Assembly (NCBI GenBank): GCA_951406725.2
Contig: OX597834.1
Coordinates: 31,992,001 to 32,056,000 of the forward strand
DNA length: 64,000 nucleotides
Reading direction: 5' to 3'
DNA from: Octopus vulgaris
Taxonomy: Eukaryota
Of this stretch, positions 29,601 to 41,700 are shown piece after piece. The notes under the pieces are model-generated. The model was not told where the DNA came from and searched no databases. It worked only from the letters and a program-made list of their open reading frames with translations. The stretch's first letter is position 1. Each line of letters begins with the position of its first letter. The position numbers were made by a program, and so were the translations under genes.

Positions 29601-30705
29601 TATAAGATTTTTGGGGGTCCACAATATTTTAAGGGGCCCTGGAAAAATTTTGCTTTAGATGTATGTATTGGTATGTATTGTAAGAAACAGCTGGGTTTCT
29701 TTCAGTAACATTTTACTTAGTTCAACCTACACAAGTTAATGTGTGAAAAACAAAAGAGGAGGTTTGAGAGAAGTTTCTATAAAACTAGTTTTTAAATATT
29801 GAACGGCTATGGGGATCTATCAGAATAAAGTAGTAATTAAAGGGATCCATAAACAAAAACTGGTTGAGTAACCCTGGGTTAGATGGTTTCACTGGAACTG
29901 GAAAGCTGCACCAGGTTCCAATCTGTTTTGGCATGGTTTCTACAGCTGGATGCCCTTCCTAATGCCAACCACTTTACAGGAGTGTACTGGGTGCCTTTTA
30001 CATGTTACTGGCATTGTCCACATTATCATGTTCCAATGTCAGCTTTCGCATAGTTTCCATGACGGGGTGTTGAAAAGTTCTTGGCTTTAAAAGTATCGTG
30101 AAAGGCCTGGTTGAAGGCTCAACCTTCCAAGTTCTTTTACAGAGCTTAGAAAAACTGAAGGACCACTGCAATAAGTGTGTGAATTTAAGAGGAGTATATT
30201 TTGAATAAAATCATAATTAACTGTACTTTCTTTTACCCAAAGCCAGGAACTTTTCTGCATCCCCTGATATAAGTAAGCTATTTCTCCATTTTTAGCTCTT
30301 CTGACAAACTGTTGTTCATTTTATCGCATGGCACAGCCTTCTCTTTAGTGGAATTATGTCCATATAGTCAAGTGACCAAATACACAATTGTAATCCAGTC
30401 TATGTATGGCATGATGCATCCACTCGACTGATTCAGCCTTAACTATTGGTGCAATTATTATTCATGCAGTCACATGACCTTCTTACCTTATGACCAGCTT
30501 CAACCAATCAAAATGAGCTTCCACTGATAGCAATGTAAATCACAATCTTTCATTAAAAAGGAGCAAATTATCAAACTTCAGTCAAAACCAAGACAAATAC
30601 AGCTTACCTCCAGCTTCTTCTATTTAACACTACTTTTGAAAATCAGGAAATTGTGAAACTGGTTTAAATAAATATAAATAAACCTTTTCAAAGACTCTCT
30701 TTATC

Positions 30706-30753
<48 letters not shown>

Positions 30754-30913
30754 CATCATCATCATCGTTTAACGTCTCCATTTTCCATGCTGGCATGGGT
30801 TAGACGGTTTGACTGAGGACTGGCAAGCCAGATGGCTGCACCTGGCTACAATCTAATCTGGCAGATGTTTCTACAGCTGGATGCCCTTCCTAATGCCAAC
30901 CACTCCAAGAGTG

Positions 30914-30944
<31 letters not shown>

Positions 30945-30947
30945 TTG

Positions 30948-30979
<32 letters not shown>

Positions 30980-32938
30980 GTATGGAATATATGTGCATGT
31001 GTATATACACACATGGATGTCATCATCATCATTTACTGTTTGTCTTCCATGCTGGCATATGCTTATATTCCGAATTTCCTTTCTCTTCAGAATGGTGATC
31101 ACACTAAAATGATTAGCACAGACCCTTACTGGAAGCGTTCGTTCTCAGACCTGATGTCCCGTAAGACTGGTTTTTCTCTTTGTTTTCATTATTTATTCCT
31201 CCCAGTATTTCATAAGCAGTGTGTGTGTGTGTGTGTGTGTGAAAGAAGCCTGTCTTATATACACATATATGTATGTATCCTTGTCTTGATATCATGTAGT
31301 CATCATTTAAAGTCCACGTTTCCGTGCTGACATGAATTGGACTGAGTTTGTTGCAGCAGACTTTCTATGGCTTGATGCTCTTCCTGTTGCTAACCCTCAC
31401 CTGTCTCCAAGAGATCTATAAATACATACATATGTGTATATATATGTCCCACCCATGCCAGCATGGAAGGTAGACATTAAATGATGATGATATATATATG
31501 TATGTATGTATATGCATGCATACATGTGTCTATGCAGGCTTTCAGTTTCTTATTTCTTTATTGCCCACAAGGGGCTAAACATAGAGGGGACAAATAAGGA
31601 CAGACAAATGGATTAAGTTGATTACATCAACCCCAGTGAGTAACTGGTACTTAATTTATTGACCCCGAAAGGATGAAAGGCAAAGTCAACCTCGGCGGAA
31701 TTTGAACTCAGAATGTAACGGCAGACGAAATACCTATTTCTTTACTACCCACAAGGGGCTAAACACAGAAGGGACAAACAAGGACAGACAAACGGATTAA
31801 GGCGATTATATCGACCCCAGTGCGTTACTGGTACTTAATTTATCGACCCCGAAAGGATGAAAGGCAAAGTCGACCTCGGTGGAATTTGAACTCGGAACGT
31901 GACGGCAGACGAAATACTGCTAAGCATTTCGCCCGGTGTGCTAACGTTTCTGTCTACTGAATCTACTCACAAGGCATTGCTGACCCAGGGGCTATAGTTG
32001 ATGACACCTGCCCAAGATGCCATGCAGTGGGACTAAACCGAAAACCAAATAGTTGGGAACCAAGCTCTTTAGCTATACAGCCTCTCATGCATCTAATTTA
32101 TTTCAGAGGTAACAAAATGACATTAGGGGTGCATAAGAAAACAAACAATTAGCAGACAGTAAGGTGAATGCAGGGAAAACAGAAGACATTAATAAACTTG
32201 TGTATTGTGTTGTCTGTCCAACAGATTTGGAGAGAATGCAGCAAGATGAGCTACGATGTAAGCAGTTTGCCCATGTGCTGAGTATTTTATCGAAAGTTCT
32301 GGAAGGTAGCGAAGTTCTGCCACCAGTTCCACAGTTGTGGGAGTTCTTTGGTAAGGTAGGTATCGCTGGATCCTCAGCAAGCATATTCTGTGGTTCTCTT
32401 TCTCTCTCTCTTCCTCCCTCCCTCTCTCTTTCTCTCTCTCTCTTCCCCCTCCTTTCTCTCTCTCTTCCCCCCTTCTCTCTCTCCCTCTCTGCATGGTCTG
32501 GTGGTTACATTCATAATTGCTAGGTCATGGGTTTGATTCCAAACTGGGCAACACATTCTGTTGTTGAGCAAAACCCTTCATTTCACATTGCTCCAGCAAA
32601 TGAAGTCATTAAATAGGTAACTCTGTCTCGGAATGTCCTTCCGATCAGAGGTAATGTTTGCCTGCTCATCTAACCAACAAGGTGGTGTCATTCAAAAGCT
32701 AATGTACATTGTGATCAGCAATGTATAACAACATCCCATAACCTGGTCGATATCATTTTATATATATATATCTATATATGAGAAATTAAGATAAACCCAA
32801 GGTCGTATGCAAATCTGGTTGCTCAGAATCCTGTATTGGATGTTCCAGGTGTATTTGGATGCTTAACTGGAACGGATTATCAGGAAACATATTATTACAT
32901 GAAGTTATAGAGAGCTAATATCAATAGAACTACTACTA

Positions 32939-33020
<82 letters not shown>

Positions 33021-36000
33021 CACCATCAGTCCTACTACTGTTATCACCACCACCACTATTACCACTACTACTGACCTTAATGCCTTCTGTTGTTTCTGGG
33101 GCCCTTAAAACCGATGTGTCTTTTGTCTTACAGATGGTCATCAACAGTTACAGCATCCATGATGAGCTTCACGAAAATGTCATTGGATCTGGAGTTTATC
33201 TGGGGTGAGTATCACCTCCGACCTCTTTCTGGTGGCTGTTTGGTTTATACTGAGTTTATCTGGTTGATGTTGAGAGGGGAGGAGTAAACCAACACCCTTC
33301 CTCCCTCGGATTTGTAAGTGCCCCCTAAATCTTTTGCTCTCCTGCTACCACTTCCACTCACCTTCACCACCATCACCATCACCTCCACTCCCTCTGCGTC
33401 ACCATCACTATCATCATCATCATCAATACCACCAGCACGACCATCACCAACTTCATCATCATCTCCACTCTTTGAATCACCACCACTATCATCATCATCA
33501 ACAACATTACTATCACCAACATTATCGTCCTCATCATCTCTGCTCTATTATCATCATCATCACTGCTATTTATTTAACCCTGAGTCATTCCTGATTGAGG
33601 CAAATCTTTGATCAAAAGTATTCCAGTTGTGACCAACCAGTCTTTTTCTCAGGTTGTTTGGGACTGCATCATCCACTGTGTCCTTTTTTTTCTTTTTAAT
33701 GCAGTGATTTGTGGGAGATTTGGCTGCTGAATTTTGCAGGTCTAGCAATTGCATCGGAAATTTCTCTCTGATTCATCTCATTAATTTAGGACCCACAGAA
33801 CCATATTAACGAGCCACTTAATTGTTTTTTATATTAAAACCATGGATATTTGTTAAAGTGAGACTGTGTGTCCTAGTGGTTAGAGTGGTACACTCACAAT
33901 CACAAGATTGTGGTTTCAATTCCTGGACCATTCAGCACTTTGTGTTCTTGAGCAAAAACACTTTATTTCATGTTGGTCCAGTCCACTCAGCTGTAAATGG
34001 GTCACCCCTTGTGACGGACTGGCATCCTGTTTAAGGGAAATGTTGTGATTTTAGTCACTTGTATGCCATAGGAACCAGGGAACCTGCATTATGAGTTCTA
34101 GAACTCCAGACAATAATGTCCAGGATGGAGTACTGTCATTTGTTTGAAACATTGCAATGTGTAAATGGTATAAGTAATTTTTTTAAGAAAACCTTTAAGC
34201 AATTTAGGTGAGAAGTTAGGCAAAATATGATATCATCCTACGTAGGTTGTTTAATAATGCTTCTATTATATTTCGGGAAAGCTTCCCTTTATCAAATATA
34301 AGCTACAAAATAATCCAAGAGATCAGAGAAAAAATGTTATTGGTGTGTTCTCAACTGCATTGCTTAAAGATCTTCCTACAAATATCTGTATCGTGAATAT
34401 TTATATTAACCATTTAGCATTTAGATTTCTCTGTCAAATGCAATGCTTATGTATTCACATTGCTTTGAATTAATCATGCATTATCTCAGCTTTGAGATTT
34501 CAATAATGTAATTGTTTATTTTTGAATTGCTGTTGTAAGAGTTAGATGTGAGAAACTGGATCTGCCAGTTTGAACATAGACCAGGTAAAATATTTGGGCC
34601 AGGTATGGTTGGTTTAAATCGATAGCTAATCACATGATTTACTTGTTTCCAGGGCATCGTATTTGGATCACCAATGTTGTCCTAATGCTATTGTAAGCTT
34701 TAGTGGCACAAAACTTGCCATCAGGGCCCTGGAGCCAATTACACAACCGTTACCTAATCAGGTATACAACTTGTATTTCTGTTTTACTATTTTTCTGCTG
34801 TCTTTTCTTTTTCTCCTCATTTCATCATTGTCATCTTTTACTGGAGGCCTTGTGCTTCCAGTAGAAAGGATTCGTGCACACCTACATACAAGTTCTGCTC
34901 TCCTCTAAGTTATTCCCCTTGAACAAGACGTAGCCACTGTTGCGTGTCGTGCGCTTAATTGAACCAGAACGAAAGGTCTCATCTATTTTCATTCAAGTGG
35001 GTGCAATCTTTGGAGTCATCTTTGTTTATTAGATACACACACACACACGTATGCTTATGCATAACATAAACACACTAACTCATACAACAGACACCTACAT
35101 AGATGCATTCATTCACACACACACACACACATACAAATATATATATTTACTCATACATCAATAAATACACGACAGATCTTTGATTTGATGCACACTGACA
35201 TAGACACACTCGTTCACACACCTACCTTCATGCTCACGTCCACACACATACAGATACCTCTGTACCCATACATGCACAGACAGACGCACAAAAAATATTT
35301 GCACACTACATACTTGTTTATATACACCGAGACCCCACAGATGTTTGGCCCAAACAATATATTTCAGTATTTGCTGTTCCTTTCTTTCAGGTTTTCATCA
35401 GTTACATCCAGAACGATGCCCCCAGCTGGGAAAGGAGAGAAGAATTACTACAGCGATACTATTTCAGATGTCTCTGTTCCATGTGTACCACAGATGCAGA
35501 GCAAACGGTAAATACTTTGTTTTCATAGCCTTAGGAGTTTTATTTTCTTGTAAAGTGAGCTTCTTAACCACATGGCCACCACCCCTGTACCTATACATGT
35601 ATTTGCATATAATTTACTTCTACTTTCTTTTATAGGATAAACAAATGACCAGTGTGAAGTGTTTTATGGCTAACTGTGATGGATTTACTGGGATTAAAGA
35701 AATTAACAGTAAGTAATTAATGCTAAATTTACAGCTGCTGGCACCATCTTCAGCATTTGATCCTCAAAGGAGGGGAGGTTGGTATATAAAAAAAAAAGAT
35801 AAACTTGCTATCTTCTGCTCAGTTTTCATCTTGGTCCATACCTATGATTGTGAATGTTGTTTAATGACCAAAAGATTACGATCAGGAATACGAGCATCTG
35901 AAATGGGGATCCTTCAAAGGATCTCTCGAGTAATGCTACTTGACAAAGTGCATAGATTAGAGGTCAGGGAGTCCCTCCAGGTCGAACCACCACTGCTCCA

Positions 36001-39000
36001 CATTGAGAGGTCACACCTCTGGTATTATGGACAAGTGCTTAGAATGTCACAGGAAATAATCACAAAAGGGATTCTTCAAGTCCAAGCCAACCAACAAGAC
36101 CCCTAGGGATAGACCAAGAATGAGTTTGTTGGACATTATCCACAGTCTCAGTTGGTCATGTCTGTGAGTAGAAAAGATAAATGGATGGAATTAGAAAAAG
36201 GGAACCTATAAGACATGAGTTTGAAGCAGTTAAGGGTGACAGCATTTATGTAAATAATTAGATTTTTGTAATTTATGACATTTCACCACAAGGTGCAGTC
36301 TTTGTTGCTCTGTGGTGGCTTGTGTGCATTGATGACCCCTGAGAGCTATGCCAGGGAAGTGCAAGCCCCTGGTAGATCCTCCTCCCTTGCTGGACAGGTC
36401 AAAGGATAGGGGATAAAATAATATGGACCACCTCTTCCCAGAGGTAAAAATGGGCTTACATATGGCCAATTTTGCTACCTAGAGAGGCAAAAACAAAGTT
36501 ACGGAACCTCGATGGTAATCTAAAACCACCAAGACCTGGAAGAGGAAGGCCTTCCTTCAGGAAGATGGGGTACTGTAAAAGTAGGGATCCAACTGCCCAG
36601 AGTCGCAAACAGTGGAGAAAAGTTATTGATGCCCTCTGCTCCATAAGGAGCAAAGAGCTTAAGTAAGTTTATTATCTTAAACATCACAGTTTTTCTATAA
36701 GATTCCTCAAATGCTTTCTTTCAGATGATGGCTACTGTCAGTTGTGGCCCTGTGTGAAGTGTAAAGTGATAGAATTTCCTACTGAATACGTTGATGAGGT
36801 TTGCCAGTTGTGGCTGGAAACCAGGAAATTTGTAAAGGATTTAAACAAGATGTTTGAGAGTGGAGGTCAGTATTTCCATTATTTGTTGTCTCTAACTATC
36901 GTTCTTAATCACTTACCATTCCTTTCTTGACAATCACTTTATCACCACTTCCAAACATTGTGCCCTGCTGGATCTCATTGGACAAGTGTTGAAAACATTG
37001 TTGTGTCTGTTGTACAAACTCTTTGGTGAGCGCCACTTGTTTTTCATGGAAGATTGGAAACAAACAACCTTGTTTGTATGATGATGATGATGATGTTCAT
37101 TTAAAACCATCACATGATATTGAGACAACAGTACACACACATACATACGAAGACATACACACATACATACGAAGATACACACACTCACACAAGGTTGGCC
37201 AAAAGTCACCTGACAGTAAACCAAAACCCATTTAATTCCAAGATTTATTTAGCTTTAACAACAGAATCATAAACTGAGGTTCCACTGTGTAATGCTTTCT
37301 ACTATAGCTCTGGGCCAACCAAAGCCTTGTGGATTTGGTTGATGGAAACTGAAACAACTTTATGTGTGTGTGTGTGTGTGTTTGAGTTGGTGTCTCCTTG
37401 ATTTGGCATCATGTGATAGTTTTAAATAGTTAAGTTAATTTTTTGGCTCAAAAAGCAAAAAGCAAGGCCATGTAGGGGGATATGGAGAGGTATGTACAGG
37501 GTGGTGTTCATACAAAGAGTTCAGGCCATTTGTGGTCAAGGGAGACTTTGAACCGAGCGGTCGTCGGCATCTTCACTATCTCGTCCGGCAGCTTATTCCA
37601 CGGATCCGCAACCCGGACGGAGAAAGCCCCTCTCCTTCGACAATGACACAAATGAGTGTCATTGTCGTGCTAGCTGTGCCCTTCATTTCCAGTCTTCCAA
37701 GGTAAACATGTCTTGTTATGGGAAAATATTACCTTACTTCGAAACAGGTGAAGGATGGTGACAGGAAGGATATCTGGCCTTAGAAAATGTGCCTCAACAA
37801 ATTCCATCCATTTTATGCGAGCAGAGAAAAGTGGACATTAAAACAACAACATTGATGATGATGATGACATCAATGACACACAATATCTCATCTATGACTC
37901 CCCTCACATCACACAACACATCCCACCTCTGCTGCTCCTATCGTCCCATCATACTGCACCGCCAACACATACATCATACAACTAGTTTTTTGTTCAGAGA
38001 AATAACCTTCTCAAAACAAGAAATATATAAATAATACTCTTAAAATTCTCTCTCTCTCTCTCTTTCTAGAAATCCAAAATGCCTTGGACTCTGCTGAAGA
38101 AAACTTGAAGAAAGTTGAAAATAGTTTATTCCATGAATCTAATTTGAATATTGTCAGTACAATGGCAATTGCCAAAGACGCTTGCATTTCCCTGCAGTTA
38201 TGGGAGAAAGCAGCAGTTTACAGCGAGAAGGTCTTAAAACAAGTGCCGTAAGTTAAAGCTTTCTTTCCTCTGCTTTCTCTTCTTCATAATAGAATCTTCG
38301 TGCTGGTAGCACGTAACAAACACCATCCGATCGTGGCCGTTGCCAGCCTCGCCGGGCCTCCGTGCCGGTGGCACGTAAAAAGCACCATCCAAGCGTGGCC
38401 GTTTGCCAGCCTCGTCTGGCACCTGTGTCTGTGGCACATAAAAAGCACCCACTACACTCACGGAGTGGTTGGCATTAGGAAGGGCATCCAGCTGTAGAAA
38501 CACTGCCAGATCTGATTGAGCCTGGTGCAGCTTTCAGGCTTCCCAGACCCCAGTTGAACCGTCCAACCCATGCTAGCATGGAAAGCGGACGTTAAACGAT
38601 GATGATGATGATAATAATTGACTCAAATTTAGGTCAACTTTGCCTTTCATCCTTTTGGGGTTCATATATTAAGTACCAGTTACATACTGGGGTTAATCTA
38701 ATCGACTGCCTCCCCCAACTTCTCCAAAATTTCGGTCCTTGTGCCGAGAGTAGAAAAAAATATTGCTAACAATTCTGCCAGCTCATCACCTTTTGTAACT
38801 AATAATAATGCTAAATGTAAGGGCACATGTTAGGGTGTTGCACTCATGATAGCAAGATTGTGGTTTCCGTCCCTGGACTGGGTGGTGTGCTATGTTCTTG
38901 AGCAAAACACTTCATCTGATGTTGTTCTACATTCACTTCGCCACCTGACATGCGGCACACTGTGACACCTGTTCAGGTAACATTGATTTCATGGAAGGAG

Positions 39001-40971
39001 CAAAGCTAATGTGCACCACATATGTTTGATCACGATAAACAAAGCATTTGTGCTGATTGCTCTACAAGAATTTGCAGAATTGTCTTTCTGAGGCTACCAT
39101 CATCATCATCATCATCATCATCACCATCATTTAACGTCCGTTTTCCATGCTGGCATGGGTTGGATGGTTTGACTGGGGGTCTGGCAAGCCAGGAGGCTGC
39201 CTCGGGCTCCAATCTGATCTGGTAGTATTTCTACAGCTGGATGCCCTTCCTAACGCCAACCACTCTGGGAGTGTAGTGGGTGCTTTTTATGTGCCACCAG
39301 CACAGGACCCAGACAGGGTGAGGGGGCTGGTATCGACCATGTATGGATGGTGCTTTTTATGTGCCACTGGCACGGGAGCCAGTCAGATGGCACTGGCATC
39401 GGCCACATTCAGTAACGTTAAATTAATAAACTGTTTTTTTTTTTTCCTTTTCTCTTTAAAGTCAATACTCTTCCTGCATCAACATCATGGACAGCCTGTC
39501 TTTACTGAAGTTAGCGAAGCTGTATATATATCTCGACCGGCCTACAGAAACCGTCCAGGTTTTGGACAAGGTGAGACTTGATATTTGAAATGTCTTTATA
39601 CATCTGAGACAACAGGTTGCCTAATGATTGGGCAGCTGTGTTCTTGATTATAAGGTTCCAGGTTCATTTTGTAGCTTGGGAGGCTTGTTGTGTCTGCGAG
39701 TAAAATGCTTTGCCTCATGTTGTCCAGTTTACTGGGCTGGCAAAAATTAGTGTCCAGTTTGTGCAAGTGTTGACAATTCAATGGTGCTGCTAAAAACCTC
39801 AAGGCATAAAGTGGAATATCTATAGATGCTGGCACAGCTGGGTGTGTTAAGTTTACCTCCCAACAACATGGTTTTGGGTTCAGTTCCACTGGGTGGAACC
39901 GTGGGAAAGTGACCTCTACTATAGACTTGAACCAAATAAAACCTTGTAGGTGGATCCAGTTGATGGAAACTGAAAGAAGCTTGTTTGTGTTTGTGTGTAT
40001 ACATGTGTATATATATAGGTGGCGAGCTCGCAGAAACGTTAGCGTGCCGGGCGAAATGCTTAGCGGTATTTCGTCTGTCCTTACGTTCTGGGTTCAAATT
40101 CCGCCGAGGTCGACTTTGCCTTTCATCCTTTTCGGGTCGATAAATAAAGCACCAGTTTCGCACTGGGGTCAATGTAATCGACTTAATCCCTTTGTCTGTC
40201 CTTGTTTGTCCCCTCTATGTTTAGCCTCTTTTGGGCAGTAAAGAAATATATATATATATATATGTATGTATGGTTAGTCAATTTCTGATTAATAAGTATC
40301 TAGACTGTTGCCATAGTAACAAAGCCAAAGTAACAGGGAGAGTGAAGCTGCATGGCACGGATTGATGCAATTTTACTTTAATCTGTAGAAAACAAATTTA
40401 TTTTTAAACAAAAATATTGTTGACAGTGACTGCGAAGTTCCAGCCAGTTAAACCATCATCGGACTGCAGTCTGATGATGGCTTAATTGGCTAAAACTTTG
40501 AAGCCACTGTCAACAATATTTTTTATTTAAGAATAAACTCTGTGTGTGTGTGTGTGTCCCTCCTTTTCTCGCCATTGCATGATAATTGTAGATGACTATT
40601 GTCATCCAAGCAGTGTCATTCATTTCCAAAGATGTCTGGCCATGGGGAAAAAACAACCTTGCTTGGAAACAGGTGAAGGTTGATGACAGAAAAGACATCC
40701 AGCCATTGAAAATCTGCATTAGGAAACTGTCTGACTCATGCAAGCATAGGAAAGTGGACATTAAAACGAGGATGATGTCTACATACATTGCACACACACA
40801 CACACACACACACCTTTACATGTGTCGTCTCATCTTCATGTCAGATTTGTTCTTGTTTTCCAGTGTGAGAAAATGGTCCGTGTCACGCATGGCGAAGACA
40901 GTGCGCTGCACCAACAAACGAGGAACTTGCAACAACAGTGCAACATGCTGCTGTCGATGCACTGCAAATGA
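26603..40971 (+). CDS. SMYD3: SET and MYND domain lysine methyltransferase, SMYD3-like, 461 aa, 13 exons
   Basis: Exons: 26603-26706, 27922-27985, 28863-28973, 31091-31160, 32225-32355, 33134-33204, 34653-34761, 35391-35507, 35636-35708, 36725-36865, 38070-38247, 39462-39570, 40864-40971. All are GT-AG and phase-consistent, total 1386 nt. MYND finger: CSSC...CSRC...YCNSSCQ..DW..HK.EC. SET: INSYSI...GSGVYLGASYLDHQCCPNA...VFISYI. Post-SET: YYFRCLCSMC. TPR-like tail: LKLAKL...VTHG. Assignment to SMYD3 rather than another SMYD is less certain than the family call. Confidence 0.88.
26840..27277. repeat. Fold-back (MITE-like) inverted repeat: about 97-bp arms, about 242-bp spacer, in SMYD intron 1
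   Basis: 26840-26937 is the near-exact reverse complement of 27180-27277 (TCTAGTAGACCTTTCCGTCGATTTCCGTAAA...GGGAACTTTTGAAGTAATA). Confidence 0.85.
29579..29876. mobile_element. hAT (Charlie-like) MITE with exact 8-bp TSD
   Basis: TSD GGTTAGAT at 29571-29578 and 29877-29884. Termini are GAGTGGTTCTCAAC and GGTTGAGTAACCCTG. It interrupts a family C SINE. Confidence 0.78.
30062..30268 (+). mobile_element. Internally deleted mariner-type element
   Basis: Imperfect TIRs GGGGTGTTGAAAAGTTCTTGGCTTT / AAAGCCAGGAACTTTTCTGCATCCCC. A residual transposase C-terminus reads NKCVNLRGVYFE*. Confidence 0.65.
31550..31952 (-). mobile_element. SINE family B dimer (184-bp period)
   Basis: CCACAAGGGG recurs at 31565 and 31749. 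The junction is GAAATAC|CTATTTCTTTA. Confidence 0.8.
35810..36140 (+). mobile_element. RTE-clade LINE fragment
   Basis: Peptide TYDCEC...IRASEMGILQRISRVMLLDKV...EVRE...WYYGQVLRM. Confidence 0.65.
38296..38610 (+). mobile_element. SINE-like family C copy with (GAT)n tail
   Basis: Core GGAAGGGCATCCAGCTGTAGAAAC...CCCATGCTAGCATGGAAAGCGGACGTTAAACGATGATGAT. Opposite-strand copies lie at about 30752-30912, 39098-39410, 51971-52236 and 61903-62225. Confidence 0.72.
40018..40248 (+). mobile_element. SINE family B, full length
   Basis: Head GGCGAGCTCGCAGAAACGTTAG, B-box-like GGTTCAAATTCC, conserved core GCCTTTCATCCTTTTCGGGTCGATAAA and tail AAAGAAATA. From memory the core resembles the conserved central domains of Meta/Deu-type SINEs; this is unverified. 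Confidence 0.78.
40397..40537. repeat. Loopless palindrome with about 70-bp arms, centred on CTG|CAG (40466/40467)
   Basis: The arms align with about 10 differences, mostly transitions. Confidence 0.85.
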
Positions 40972-41159
40972 AACTCAACCTACCTCACTTTTTTTTTTTT
41001 TTTTTTTACAAAATATGGCACCAGTCCAATTCTATAGATGCAAGTGACTTCTTGGACTCTGCCCCAGGACTTGAGCCAACCTCAACCAGCTGTATTTGAT
41101 TTGAACCCAAAACATAAAAGGAATACAACTTTATCACTCTGGCGTTTGTAACATTTCTT

Positions 41160-41700
41160 CTGTTCAGTCCTTAACAACAACAATCCTTTCTGTTCAAGGT
41201 ACACGACCCAAAGTTTTAGGGGAGTGGGCAAGTCAATTATATTAACCCCAGTGCTTAGCTCTTACTTTATTTTATCGACCCCGAAAGGATGAAATGTAAA
41301 GTTGACCTCGGTGTCATTTGAACCCAGAATGCAAAGATGAGCAAACTGCTGCCAAGCATTCTGTCTGTGTGCTAACACTTCTACCACCTCACTGCCTTAA
41401 TAATCCTTTCTATTATAGGCACAGGGCCTGAATTTGTTTTTGGAAGATAGGGACAAATTGATCCTGTGTTCCTGCCTGATACTTATTTTATTCACCCTCA
41501 GTGGAGTTTGAACTCAGAACATGGGCAAAATTCCACTAAGGACTTTGTCGGGCATGCTAATGGTTCTGCGAGCTCACTGCCTTAATAATAATAAGGATCC
41601 TTTCTACTATAGGCACAAGGTTGGAAATTTGTAGGGATGGGCTGAGTTGATCACCTTTCATCCAGCATGCTAACGATTCTGCCAGCTTGCCGCCTTAAGA
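41160..41700 (-). mobile_element. Tandem degenerate SINE B copies
   Basis: Repeated ATCCTTTCTACTATAGGCACAAGG...GATTCTGCCAGCTCGCCGCCTTAATAAT units. A similar array lies at about 45690-46510. Confidence 0.65.
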
